Origin: an uncultured delta proteobacterium
GTDB lineage: Bacteria > Desulfobacterota > Binatia > UBA9968
Assembly: GCA_963847445.1 (NCBI GenBank)
Contig: CAWJZV010000046.1
Location: 96,001 to 160,000 of the forward strand
Length of the DNA stretch: 64,000 nucleotides
Reading direction: 5' to 3'
How positions within the stretch are numbered: the first letter of the stretch is position 1; each line of letters opens with the position of its first letter. The position numbers were made by a program, and so were the translations under genes. Below, in pieces: positions 29,801 to 40,845 of the stretch. The notes under the pieces were generated by a model. The model was not told where the DNA came from. It worked only from the letters and a program-made list of their open reading frames with translations, and made no database searches.

Positions 29801-30131
29801 ATGACCAACAAGGAATCCAATCTGACGGCCTGCCGGGAGACGGGGATCGTATGGTTCTGCCGAAGCGCTTTCAGATCTCTGGAACGGTGCTGGTTTGACC
29901 GACATCGAAGTTACAGACCTGACAATATCATGCCAGTTCTCTTCGTTTGATGAGCTGTGGCAACGTTATCTGACGGGCGAAGGCCCTCCGGGTGCGTATA
30001 TGGCGGGTCTTTCTGCCGATCGTCGTGAAGCGTTAAGAAGCGCGATGCAGCAGAACGTCCTGGGCGATGGCCCCGATGGGCCGTTTACACTTCAGGCGAA
30101 AGCGTGGGCGGTGCGTGGGAGAGTGCCCTGA
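29801..30131 (+). pseudogene. C-terminal fragment of the repeated class I SAM methyltransferase
   Basis: DNA from about 29826 matches 33482-33787 (GCGCTTTCAGATCTCT..GACCGACATCGAAGTTACAGAC; FTLQAKAWAV). The SAM-binding half is missing. Confidence 0.8.
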
Positions 30132-30173
30132 CGAAGTTATTTCTCTGGCAACGCACGAAACGGGAGGCGATCG

Positions 30174-30953
30174 ATGCAGAACTTCGAAGCAGCAGACGTT
30201 GCTCGTCTAGATCGAGCCTATTCAACTCCGCAGATCGTCGACCAAAGACGGAAGTTCCGCGCAGCCGTTGCGGCTCGTCCAGGCGAAATCGGGTTAGATG
30301 TGGGCTGCGGCGCCGGCCATCTCGCGTGCGAACTGGCCAGAGAAGTAACGCCGAGGGGCCGGATCGTTGCGATCGACAAGAGTCGTAAGTCGGTTGACGC
30401 GTCTAAGGCTCGCGTCGCGAGGGAAGAACTCGCCGACACGGTTGACATGCGAGTCGGTGACGCAACCGCCTAGAGTTCCCTGACGAGACGTTCGATTTCA
30501 TCGTGGCTGTTCAGGTCTATTCCTTCGTTCCAAATGTCGCGCGGGCGATCGAGGAAGCAGCGCGTGTGCTGCGCAAAGGCGGCCGGTTGCTGGTGCTCGA
30601 ATCGGACTGGGACAAGTGCATATGGAAGTCAAAGATCCCGCTTTCACTCGTCGTATGATTTCAGCGCGGGCCGAGACGCAATTCGCCCATGCCTATCTCC
30701 CGCGTGATTTGCATAAGTATTTGCGCGCTGCGGGTTGACACTTGCCGATGTACAAGCGTTCTCCATCGTCGAAACGAATTATGATCCGGAGTCGTACGGC
30801 GCCAGCGTGATCGGCATCACTCGCGACTCGGCGCTCAAGCATGGTATGCCCGCCGAAGCTGTCGCCGCCTGGGAACAAGATCTCCGCTCTCGCACAGCGG
30901 ACGGTGAATGGTTTTTTTGTTTGGACCGATTTGTGTTTACGGGGAAGAAGTAG
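30174..30953 (+). CDS. Class I SAM methyltransferase (multiple frameshifts, possibly a pseudogene)
   Basis: LDVGCGAG, IVAID, GDATA, then FPDETFD..RVLRKGG..ESDWD in shifted frames. Confidence 0.7.
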
Positions 30954-31071
30954 CGGCGACTTAGCAATATAGCGTAATTACAACATCGCTGGCGAGCCAG
31001 CTGAATCTGACGTCAGGGGTCGCTCAGTCAAAAAGTTTAGGCCACTGCCAGACATGTAAGGAGACAAACAC

Positions 31072-32021
31072 ATGATCGCTTTTGGATTCTTACTCCCAAC
31101 GCGGGAAATCGTCATGAACCAAGAGGTCCCCAACTTTAGTGAGATCCTTGACCTGGCAGAGCACGCAGAAGCGTTGGGATTCGACTCCGTTTGGGTTGGT
31201 GACAGTGTGCTGGCACGTCCGCGATTCGAGGCTTTAACGACACTGGCAGCCGTCGCTGCGCGCACGCAGCGAGTACGGTTGGGGACCGGCGTGCTTCTCC
31301 CCATGCTGCGTCATCCGGTGCTCTTGGCCAATGAGGTTGCCAGTCTGGACCATGTTGCCAATGGGCGGCTGATTCTCGGGGTAGGAATTGGCGGCAATGC
31401 TCCCGCGGTTGCCCGGGAATTTGCCGCCTGCGGGGTGTTGATCTCCCGCCGCGTCGGCTTGTTCGAAGAAAGCCTCGCGCTTCTGCGTCGGTTGTGGACT
31501 GAACCCGAGGTGACATTTCAGGGGCGCTATTTTCAGCTGCAGGCCGTGCGGTTAGGGTTGCGTCCGCTGCAAAAGTCAGGCGTCCCGCTCTGGGTGGCCG
31601 GGAGAGTGGATAATGCGCTCCGGCGGATCCTGCGTCTCGGCGACGGTTGGTTGCCGATTTCGTCGTCGCCCGAAGCCTTCAAGGCGGATTGGGATCGCCT
31701 CCGAACGTTGGGGCAAGAGATGGGGCGAGACGCCCACGACCTGCATCGCTGTTTGTATACTACGCTCAACGTCAACGCCGATGTCGCCCAAGCAGAACGC
31801 GAGCTGCGCGCGTTCATCGAAAACTATTACGGGATACCGTACGAGGTGCAAGCGACTCGGAACGGCCTCTGCGCCGGCTCGCCGGAATAGTGCATTGCAT
31901 GGCTCAAGGCGTTTATCGCTGCCGGGGCACAGACTATCGTGGTTCGCTTCGGCAGTCCGGATCAGGCTGGCCAACTGGGGCGATTTGCCGGGAGGTTTTG
32001 CCACATATGCGGCCAGCGTAA
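31072..32021 (+). pseudogene. LLM-class flavin oxidoreductase with in-frame TAG at 31888 and a late frameshift
   Basis: AEALGFDSVWVGDS, LRHPVLLA, RLGDGW; homology continues after the stop (CIAWLKAFIAAGAQTIVVRF). Confidence 0.7.
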
Positions 32022-32169
32022 AAACCGTGGTAGACGCAAATCAATGCTCTATCCGGGAGCCACGCCCTGGCCTAACAAACAAAAAGATGGAAGCGAACGC
32101 GGAGAGTATGTCGGTCGTGCTAAGGGTTAGACGCTGTGGAGGAATAGCACTAAAGAAAAGGAGAGTGTT

Positions 32170-32923
32170 ATGACCGATACCCAACAGGCGCCCGACCCGC
32201 GGATCGCGGATCTCGTGCGGACCGGCAGAGTCCGGGTCGCGCTGTATCCACCGCAGTACGCGAAGGATACAGCATCCGGCGAGTTGCGCGGCTGGACGAT
32301 CGATCTCGCGCGCGCACTTGCAGTGCGGATTGGGGTTGAGTTCTTGCCCATCGAATACCCGACTCCTCCTAAGGCCATGGAAGGTCTGAAGGGAGGCGCG
32401 TGCGACGTGGGGTTCGGAGCGATGGACGAATCTCGGTCAACCGACGTAGATTTCTCACCCCCGGTGCTTCGTTTCGACTTTACTTATCTGGTGCCGGCTG
32501 GCTCGTCCATCCGCAGCGTTGCCGATGCGGACCACCCCGGGATTCGGTATCGCGGTCGTGCGCAACCACGCGTCGACCTTATGTTTGAAACGGGTGAGGC
32601 AGCACGCCGAAATGGTGAGCGCCGAGACGCCAGACGTAGCGTTCGATCTGCTGCGTACCGGACAGGCGGACGCGTGGGCATCAACCCGTCCGGCGCTTCT
32701 AGAGTTTTCCAGCAAAGTGTCCGGCTCGCAGGTACTTGATGACTTCTTTGGCGCTAACTTCACTGCGATGACGGTCCCGAAGGGGCAGCCCGAGCGGCTC
32801 GCCTACATCAGCGACTTCATCGAAGACGCCAAGGCCTCGGGGTTGCTACAGAGTGCAATCATAAATTCGGGCTGGCGGGGCGTGCACGTAGCACCGCCGG
32901 GAAATTCCCCCGCCCAGAAATGA
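32170..32923 (+). CDS. Family-3-like transporter substrate-binding protein (frameshift near 32545)
   Basis: LVRTGRVRVAL, GELRGWTIDLAR, DFSPP, YISDFIEDAKASG. Confidence 0.75.
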
Positions 32924-33007
32924 GTGACTCACGGGAGAGTGAAAAGGGTTGCATGGCCGGTGTAGTGAAAGCGTGTAACTTCGTATCAGCAGCGAAACGG
33001 AGGACCT

Positions 33008-33787
33008 ATGTTTGAAGTCGCGGAAGCGTATGAAGTTATGATGGGACGGTGGAGCCGGCAGTTGGCGCCTTTGTTTGTGGAGTTTGTCGGCGTTCGGGAT
33101 GGAGAGAAGGTTCTCGATGTTGGATGCGGCACGGGCTCGCTGTCAGCGACGCTAGCCAGAGTAACGAGAGCGTCGAAGATTGTCGGCATTGATCCTTCGA
33201 AGGGATTTATTGAGTATGCTCGAACCCAAGTCGCCGATCCGCGTGTGACTTTCGAGTTGGGGGACGCGCAAGAACTGCCTTACTCGGACGGATCGTTTGA
33301 CCGATGCATGGCGTTACTCATTGTTAACTTCGTCCCTGATGCTCCGACGGCGGCGAGAGAGATGCGCCGAGTAACAAAGTCCGGTGGTGTCGTCGCAACC
33401 ACCATGTGGGAGGGCAGTCGCGCTCATGAGCTCACTGGCCGCTTCTGGGATGCCGCGGTAGCGATCGATCCTACAGCGAAGCGGCCTGCTGAGAGACGAG
33501 GATCATACGGTTCCGCGGCAGCGCTTTCAGATCTCTTGAAGGGTGTCGGCCTGACCGACATCGAAGTTACAGACTTGACGATGCCGTGCCAGTTCTCCAC
33601 GTTTAACGATTACTGGTTGCCGCTTACCGAAGGGGTAGGGCCTTCTGGAGCTTATCTGGCGCGACTTTCGGACGATCACCGAGCGGCGTTGCGTGAGCGG
33701 CTGCGGCAGAATCTATTGGGCAACCGCGCCGATGGGCCATTTACACTTCAGGCGAAAGCGTGGGCGGTGAAAGGGATTGTTCCATGA
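33008..33787 (+). CDS. Class I SAM methyltransferase (intact copy A)
   Basis: AYE..MGRWS, VLDVGCGTG, GDAQELPY..FD, EMRRVTKSGG; RBS GGAGG. Confidence 0.9.
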   Translation: MFEVAEAYEVMMGRWSRQLAPLFVEFVGVRDGEKVLDVGCGTGSLSATLARVTRASKIVGIDPSKGFIEYARTQVADPRVTFELGDAQELPYSDGSFDRCMALLIVNFVPDAPTAAREMRRVTKSGGVVATTMWEGSRAHELTGRFWDAAVAIDPTAKRPAERRGSYGSAAALSDLLKGVGLTDIEVTDLTMPCQFSTFNDYWLPLTEGVGPSGAYLARLSDDHRAALRERLRQNLLGNRADGPFTLQAKAWAVKGIVP

Positions 33788-33842
33788 ACTGAATCGGTCG
33801 AGAAATGACTCGCGCAAATGCGCCGGAGCAATTGGAGGCGTG

Positions 33843-34619
33843 ATGTTCTACAAACGCGGAGAATTACAACCACGGCACCGGACGCTTGAGCAGGCAGTTG
33901 GCGGTGTTGTTCACGGATTTCGTCGGCGTCGAGAACGGCGATCATGTGCTCGACGTGGGTTGCGGCACCGGATCGCTTGCTCTCAGCATCGCGGAGAATC
34001 AGCGGGCTTCAAGAATCGTCGGTATCGATCCCTCCGCCGGCTTTATCGACTACGCGCGTTCTCAGAGTGCGGATGGACGGTTAGAATTCCAAGTCGGCTG
34101 ACGCACAGAATCTGCCGTTTGCGGAAGCGTCTTTCGACAAAACCATGGCGCTTCTCGTCATCGGCTTTTTCTCCGATGCCGCCAGTGCGGCGCGCGAGAT
34201 GCGGCGCGTGACCAAGCCCGGTGGCATTGTCGCGGCGTGCTGGTGGGACGGCGGTCGCGACAACGAATTCCACCAACGTATTTGGGATGCGATCGTAGCG
34301 CTCGACCCGTCGGTGAAACGGCCCGCCATGGCTTACGCTTCGTCGGAAGCCCTTTCATCCTTGTGGAGTTCTGCCGGTCTGACCAACGTGTGAAGTTGAA
34401 GGGCTGGCATTTCCCTATGAGTCCGAGTCGTTCGAACAATTCTGGCGATACCAGTATCTACAAGGCCAAGGCGGCGCGGCGGCTTACATTGTCAAGTTAT
34501 CAGAAGAGCGGCGCGAAGCGCTGAAGCAACGGTTTCGCCATGAAGTGTTAGGAAGTCGATCCGAGGGATCGTTTACAATCCAAGCGAAAGTTTGGGCGGT
34601 GCGCGGTGTGGTGCCATGA
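33843..34619 (+). pseudogene. Class I SAM methyltransferase paralog, several frameshifts
   Basis: GRLSRQLA, VLDVGCGTG, EMRRVTKPGG, FTIQAKVWAVRGVVP, split over at least four frames. Confidence 0.75.
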
Positions 34620-34684
34620 GAATCAGGTATCCCTCTGCGTGGGAATGTTAAAACTCCGGTAAATTAACCTTCGGGAATGGAGGA

Positions 34685-35749
34685 TTGAACATGCTCCTGA
34701 TCAACGATGCCGAGGTTCGGCAGGTTCTTGCCATGGATGATTGCATCGAGGCGATGCAACGCGCCATTGCCGAGGAGACGAAGGGAGTCGCGGTGAGCGC
34801 ACCGCGCACGCGCTACAAGGTCCAGGCGGATCTCGACCAGGCCGGCTACATGGCGACGATCATACCCGGCGCCGTGCCGAGCTGCGAGGTGGCGTCGATG
34901 CGCTACGCGTCGACGATTGTGCAGGAGCGTGTCGTGGGCGGGGTGAAGCGGATGAATTTCCTGTCGCCGAGCAATCGCAATTGGGACTTTGTCATGCTCT
35001 TCAGTCTGCAGACGGGCGAACCCCTCGCGCTGATTGCCGACTATAGCCTCTCGGCGATCCGGGTGGGTGCGACGACGGGAGTGGTGCACCGCGCGTTAGC
35101 GAAGAAGAATGCGAAAGTCGTCGGGATATTCGGCTCTGGCCACCAGGCGCGCGCCAATCTGCAAGCCATTACCACGGTTCGCGATATCGAGTCGGTGAAA
35201 GTTTACAGCAGCACTGAGGCAAACCGGGATCGCTTTGCGGAGGAAATGACGGAGCTGTTAAAGGTTAAAGTCCGTCCTGTCAGCAGCCCTGAGGAAATCG
35301 TCAAGGGATCGGATATCGTCATGTGCGCTACCAATTCCAGCCAGCCCGTATTCGACGGCAACTGGCTTGAGCCGGGGCAGCTTGTCACCACTCTCGTCAA
35401 TACCGACGGCGTGCACCGCCGGACCGAGGCGGATGCCACCACGATGCTCCGCTGCGATTTCATCGTGCTAAACAGCAGGGAGGCGGCGAAAATGAACCAG
35501 CAGCGCGAGCTGCTTGACCTAATCGAGGGCGGTTCCTTCGGCTGGGATAAGGTCTGCGAAATGGGTCAAGTGATCACCGGGGAGCATCCCGGGCGCACGA
35601 GTGATCAACAGATTATTTATTACAAGAGCAATACCGGCGTCGGTATTCAGTTCGCAGCTGCCGGCGCGTCGATATACGAGGCTTGCAAAAAGCGCGGTCT
35701 CGGCAGGGATTTGCCCACTGAATGGTTTGGAACTGAGTTGAGCAAATGA
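34685..35749 (+). CDS. Ornithine cyclodeaminase / mu-crystallin family protein
   Basis: TGEPLAL, SAIRVGA, GIFGSGHQAR, CATNS, KSNTGVGIQ. Confidence 0.88.
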   Translation: MNMLLINDAEVRQVLAMDDCIEAMQRAIAEETKGVAVSAPRTRYKVQADLDQAGYMATIIPGAVPSCEVASMRYASTIVQERVVGGVKRMNFLSPSNRNWDFVMLFSLQTGEPLALIADYSLSAIRVGATTGVVHRALAKKNAKVVGIFGSGHQARANLQAITTVRDIESVKVYSSTEANRDRFAEEMTELLKVKVRPVSSPEEIVKGSDIVMCATNSSQPVFDGNWLEPGQLVTTLVNTDGVHRRTEADATTMLRCDFIVLNSREAAKMNQQRELLDLIEGGSFGWDKVCEMGQVITGEHPGRTSDQQIIYYKSNTGVGIQFAAAGASIYEACKKRGLGRDLPTEWFGTELSK

Positions 35750-35912
35750 ATAGAGTGAAGATTGGCACATTCGACGACTCCAACTGGTTTAAGTAAGATA
35801 GAACGGCATATCTGGATGCGTTCAGCACAGAGCTGGATGTCATGCTCAGAAGATGTGCCGCGTTTTGAGAAAAGTATGATCGCGTGATGATACGCCGTGT
35901 CACGGCTGTTCA

Positions 35913-36734
35913 GTGGAAAGCGAAAATATTTTATCGATGGGAAAGGAAAAGCTATGTTCGAGGTCGCCGAAGCCTACGAGCGACAGATGGGGCGCTGGAG
36001 CCGTAGTTGGTGCCGCGCTGCTCGCGCTCCTGCTCGGCGCCTGCGCACAACTGCCCGAGTACACCCGGCTTCGGGTCGTGCAGCATCCATCGGTAAATTT
36101 CAACGAGCGCCGGCCGAGTTTCGTGATCCTGCACCACACCGGCAATCCGGAAGCGAAGCGCGCCCTGGACACTCTGTCCAACCCGGTTTTAGAGGTCAGC
36201 GCGCATTACCTCGTTGCGCGCGACGGAATGATCTACTACCTCGTGGACGAAATGAAGCGCGCCTGGCACGCGGGTGATTCCTGGTGGGGCGGGCCCATCG
36301 ACATGAATTCAGCCTCGATCGGCATCGAACTCGACAACGACGGCAGCGAACCCTACGCCGAATCGCAGATCGCGGCGCTGCTCGCCTTGCTGGCCGACCT
36401 CGAGCAGCGCTACGGCATCCCCGCAAAGAATTTCATCGGCCACGGCGACATCGCGCCCGGGCGCAAGGTCGACCCCAGCGTCGAGTTCCCGTGGCGGCGG
36501 CTGGCAGAGCACGGCTTCGGCCTTTGGTGCGAGCCGCCCTTCGAGCCGGCGCCGCCGGGCCTCGACACTGGAGCGTTGCTCGGCGCCTTCGGCTACGACG
36601 TCTCCAGCCTCGATGCCGCGATCGGTGCGTTCAACCGGCATTTCGCAGGCGTCGAATCCCCGCGCATGACCGATGAAGGCCGCGCCCGCCTGTATTGCCT
36701 GGTACTGAAGAAGTGGGCGGGGGAGCGCAGCTGA
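35913..36734 (+). CDS. N-acetylmuramoyl-L-alanine amidase (AmpD/AmiD, Amidase_2), lipoprotein-like; true start unclear
   Basis: Lipobox LLGAC, ILHHT, VSAHYLV, RAWHAG, SIGIEL, GHGDIAPGRKVDP. Confidence 0.85.
   Translation: MESENILSMGKEKLCSRSPKPTSDRWGAGAVVGAALLALLLGACAQLPEYTRLRVVQHPSVNFNERRPSFVILHHTGNPEAKRALDTLSNPVLEVSAHYLVARDGMIYYLVDEMKRAWHAGDSWWGGPIDMNSASIGIELDNDGSEPYAESQIAALLALLADLEQRYGIPAKNFIGHGDIAPGRKVDPSVEFPWRRLAEHGFGLWCEPPFEPAPPGLDTGALLGAFGYDVSSLDAAIGAFNRHFAGVESPRMTDEGRARLYCLVLKKWAGERS
35954..36018 (+). pseudogene. N-terminal stub of the repeated methyltransferase
   Basis: ATGTTCGAGGTCGCCGAAGCCTACGAGCGACAGATGGGGCGCTGGAGCCG encodes MFEVAEAYERQMGRWSR, identical at protein level to the start of 37248. 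Confidence 0.85.
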
Positions 36735-37247
36735 CCGGGTGCGGGCGGCGGCCGGGTCTTTTCGCGCTACTGGTCCCGAGCACGGCGCAGATAGTCGACA
36801 GGCCGATCGGCCCGCTCGCCCAGATCACGTTTCGCGGGCCGGTGGATCCTGGTTGCAAGGTGTCGGCTCACCGCTGTGTTAACTCAGATATCGAGAAAAT
36901 TAGTCGAACGATACCCACTCAGAAGGCGCAAAAGAGTCCCGGTATATTTTCTCCTTCTTTTCTTGGGCTCAAATGGCTATATAAACGAAAGACGCACTTC
37001 ACGCTCGAAGCGGGTCCGGCAGAGGATGCGGTGTATTTAGCGAAGTGATCAACGCCGCGGGGGAACCAAAACAATAGGGGACGTTCATCGAAGGCGATTT
37101 TATGCAAGACCGACGCAAAGTGATTCATCGTCTACCCGACGTTCAACGTCATGCAACATTCAGAAATTTTTAGCCGGGGAGATCCTACTGCGTCTGTAAG
37201 CAGGAAGATTTATCGCAGAGAACGAAGGACAAAAAAATGGAGGAGTT

Positions 37248-38027
37248 ATGTTCGAAGTCGCCGAAGCCTACGAGCGGCAGATGGGCCGATGGAGCCGGCA
37301 ATTGGCGCCGTTGTTGATCGAGTTTGCCGGAGTTGACGCCGGCGAGCGCGTTCTCGACGCTGGTTGCGGCACCGGCTCGCTGTCCATGGCGATCGCGCGA
37401 TTGACGGCAGCTGGGTCGATCGTCGGCATCGACGCTTCTAAAGGCTTCATCGAATATGCCCGCGCGCAAAATTCCGACCCGCGAGTCAGATTCGAATTGG
37501 GCGATGCACAAAATCTTTCTTACCCGGAGGCGTCGTTCGATCGTTGCTTGTCGCTCTTGGTCGTCAATCACATCCCCGACACTCCTAAAGCTTTGAATGA
37601 GATCTGCCGGGTGACCAAGCCGGGCGGCGTGGTCGCCACCGCCATGTGGGATGGCACCGGCGGCAATGAGTTTAACGATCGCATGTGGAATGTCGCGGTG
37701 ACGATCGACGCAAACGTAACGCCAGCTTCTAAGCGAGCCGGCACTTATAGTTCGCCCGCCGAGCTGACGACGCTTTGGCGCGACGCCGGTCTGATTGAAG
37801 TCGACGTGACTAGCCTGGTCATGCGCTTTGAATACGCGTCCTTTGCCGACTATTGGCAGCGCTTTCTCGAAGGCCAGGGGCCGGCGGGCGCGTACGTGAT
37901 GGCGCTGGCGGAAGAGCGGCGTGAAGTCCTTTGGCAGAAACTTCACCAGGAAATTTTTGGCAACCGGCCCGATGGATCTTTCTCGCTTCAGGCCAAGGCC
38001 TGGGCGGTGCGGGGAGTGGTGCCTTGA
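37248..38027 (+). CDS. Class I SAM methyltransferase (intact copy B)
   Basis: VLDAGCGTG, GDAQNLSY..FD, FSLQAKAWAVRGVVP; RBS GGAGGAG. Confidence 0.9.
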   Translation: MFEVAEAYERQMGRWSRQLAPLLIEFAGVDAGERVLDAGCGTGSLSMAIARLTAAGSIVGIDASKGFIEYARAQNSDPRVRFELGDAQNLSYPEASFDRCLSLLVVNHIPDTPKALNEICRVTKPGGVVATAMWDGTGGNEFNDRMWNVAVTIDANVTPASKRAGTYSSPAELTTLWRDAGLIEVDVTSLVMRFEYASFADYWQRFLEGQGPAGAYVMALAEERREVLWQKLHQEIFGNRPDGSFSLQAKAWAVRGVVP

Positions 38028-38354
38028 ACGATTGCGGGGAAAGCAAGGGCAACTCATGGAAAATATTTTCCCACGACCGGGCGCTCGATCCACAGCCGGC
38101 CTTGCCGTCGTCATTGCGGAGAAATAACGCTGGCCAGGTTACTTGAAGGAGAGTGGCAAGGTCGCGTTCTGGGAAATCCCACTCGGCTCAAATGGGTAGC
38201 GACGAAGCCGACGCAGCATATAAAACGGTGCAGTGGAGCGTTGCGCTGTTGGTGGCCGAGATCGGCTAGGCGGTCTTCGTGACGAATTGAACTTGGCGGA
38301 GTCTACGCAGACGATCCAGATCTGAACCGGCAAGAAGTTAACCAGGAGACCGAT

Positions 38355-38767
38355 ATGAAAATCGACGGCGGCTGCCATTGCGGCAATATTACCTACACTG
38401 CGGAAGTCGATCCCGACAAGGTCGGCATATGCCATTGCACGGATTGTCAGACCCTGTCCGGGACGCGCGTTTCGCGTTAGTGTTTCTGCGGCTAAAGGAA
38501 GCATTTCACTTGAATGGCGGACAACCGAAGATTTATGTAAAGACCGCCGAAAGCGGCGCTAAGCGCGCCCAGGCTTTCTGTCCTGAGTGTGGCACGCCGA
38601 TCTATTCGGCGGCGGTGAACGACCCGCAAGTGTTCAACATCCGCGTCGGCACGGCGCGCCAGCGCGCCGAGCTGAGGCCAAAAACACAAGGATGGTGCCG
38701 ATCCGCGCGCGACTGGGTCAATGATCTGCAATCCGTGAAGCAGTTTGCCAAACAACGAACCGGTTGA
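38355..38767 (+). CDS. GFA/CENP-V family zinc protein (frameshift near 38460)
   Basis: GGCHCG, CHCTDCQ, FCPECGTPIY. Confidence 0.85.
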
Positions 38768-38821
38768 GTCGAAACGTACAGCGGCAATCCGGTCTTCCAA
38801 CGACGGAAAAGGGAGTACTCC

Positions 38822-39658
38822 ATGAACGAGGAAGGCAACCGCAAGCGCGACGAGAGCCGGCGGGTTTTTAGCGAAGCTGCTTCCATCTACGATCGAATTG
38901 GTCCGCCAATTTTTTCTCACTTTGGTCAGCGGCTTGTTGATGTCTCGGAGATATCACTCGGCGCGAATGTTCTCGACATTGCGGCGGGTCGTGGCGCTGT
39001 GTTGTTCCCGGCGGCCGCGAAAGTTGGCTCAAGCGGGCGCGTTATGGGCATAGATTTTACTGCGGCCATGGTCAGCGAGACCGCCAAGGATATTGCGAGC
39101 CGAAAGATCGCTAACGCTGAAATTCGCCAGATGGACGCCGAGCAGATGGAGTTTGACGACGCGGCATTCGATTGCGTCACCTGCGGTTTTGCGGTCTGGA
39201 TGTTCGCCGAGCCGGCGCGGGTTCTCCAGGAATTTCGTCGCGTGCTGCGGCCAGGCGGACAGGTAGCTCTCAGCACTTGGGCGGCGGATAACCCGGCCCA
39301 AACTTGGTGTCATGAAGTGCTTCGACCCTTTGTGCCGGCACCCGCGTCCAAACTGTTGGCGACGAAAGACGTGAGATTCGACACGCCGTTGCAGTTAGAA
39401 ACGGTGCTGCGACAGTCGGGCTTCACAGATATTCAAATCACAGTCGAAGAGATGGAGTTTGTTTATCGCAGCGAGGAACAGTATTGGTCTTCGCTCTGGT
39501 CGTCCGGTTTACGGCGCCCACTTGAAAAGATGACCGCGGATTTACTGGCACAGGCCAAGAGCGAAGTCATGCGAAAATTTCAAACCTTTAGACAGCCAGA
39601 TGGATTTCACAAACTGAGTCGCGCTTTATTCGCTTGCGCAAAGAAGCCGACGATGTGA
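38822..39658 (+). CDS. Class I SAM methyltransferase (UbiE-like; different subfamily)
   Basis: VLDIAAGRG, MDAEQMEF..FD, RVLRPGG. Confidence 0.85.
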   Translation: MNEEGNRKRDESRRVFSEAASIYDRIGPPIFSHFGQRLVDVSEISLGANVLDIAAGRGAVLFPAAAKVGSSGRVMGIDFTAAMVSETAKDIASRKIANAEIRQMDAEQMEFDDAAFDCVTCGFAVWMFAEPARVLQEFRRVLRPGGQVALSTWAADNPAQTWCHEVLRPFVPAPASKLLATKDVRFDTPLQLETVLRQSGFTDIQITVEEMEFVYRSEEQYWSSLWSSGLRRPLEKMTADLLAQAKSEVMRKFQTFRQPDGFHKLSRALFACAKKPTM

Positions 39659-39768
39659 CACGATGCGTTGTCCGTAATTGAGGGGGCTAGATTTGCAGTG
39701 ATGGCAAGGATGACCGGTGCCCTTGAGACCTTGGGTCTCACAATACGGTAAATCGAAAGGCTAATTCC

Positions 39769-40720
39769 ATGAAAAAAACTTTCTTGGTGATGACGACTCT
39801 GTATCTGCTTCATTCATCTGTTCACGCCGCCGAAAAGATTCGCATCGGCTTTCCGGAATTCAACTCTTCGACCTTTACGCTGCCAATGGCGCAGATTAAA
39901 GGCTTCTTTCACGAAGAAGGGCTGCAAGCGGAGCTGATCCGGATTCGCTCCGCCGTGGCCTTGCCGGCGCTGACCAGCGGCGAGATCGACTACCACACCG
40001 TGGTCGCCCCCGCCGTCACTGCGGCGTTGCGCGGCATTCCCGTCCGGGTTGTCGCTTGTTTCACGCCGGGACTGACGACGGCGATCATCGCTCGTCCCGA
40101 GATCAAGACGGTTCAAGATCTCAAAGGCAAGATCATCGGGCTCAACAGCATCGGCGGCGGACTGGAAAGCACGGTGCGGCTTGATGTTGAAGCACTACGG
40201 ACTCGATCCCGACAAGGATGTGAAGTTTCTCGCCACGGGAGGGATCGAGACGCGTTTTGCCGCCTTAAGGCAGGGATTGACCGTGGCGACGGCGGGCTCC
40301 ACGCCGGCCGACTATCTGGGCAAGAAATTCGGCTACGTGGTGCTGGCCCGGGCTTACGATCTGTTCAGTTATCCGAATACCGGGCTGGTCGCCAGCGTGA
40401 AAAGCATCAAGGAAAATCCCGATCGGCTCAAGCGCGTGATCAGAGCCGGCATCAAGGCCAATCGTTACATACTGCAAAATCGCGAGGGCACGATTCAGGT
40501 CATGATGCAGTGGATGAGAGTCGACCGGGACACGGCGACGGCAACCTACGACGGCTCGCTGAAGTCGTTTAATGACGATGGCAGTGTTTCTGACGCCGGT
40601 CTGCGCATCGCCCTCGACGAATCGCGCAAGGCCGCGAATATGACCCGCGAGGTGGCCTTCAGCGAGGTTGCGGATTTTTCGATGCTGCGCGAAGCGCAGC
40701 GGGAGTTGGGGGCGAAGTGA
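39769..40720 (+). CDS. ABC-type substrate-binding protein, NMT1/SsuA family (frameshift near 40180)
   Basis: Signal peptide, KGFFHEEGL, ALTSGEIDY, ADFSMLRE. Confidence 0.82.
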
Positions 40721-40845
40721 TTTTGGATTTTCGATAGCTTTGGATTGTCGGTCAGGACTGCGGTTTGGATCATGAATTGTCGAGTCGAACGACGCCTTGA
40801 GCGACGATTCACGGATGTCACATTAGGGGAAGACTTTTTCTCATT

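Noticed and set aside
36860-37240. Short ORFs between the amidase and methyltransferase B
   Set aside because: No motifs or RBS support; probably spacer or decayed DNA.
28900-39700. Complete integron
   Set aside because: No intI and no regular attC sites between genes; only one doubtful relic.
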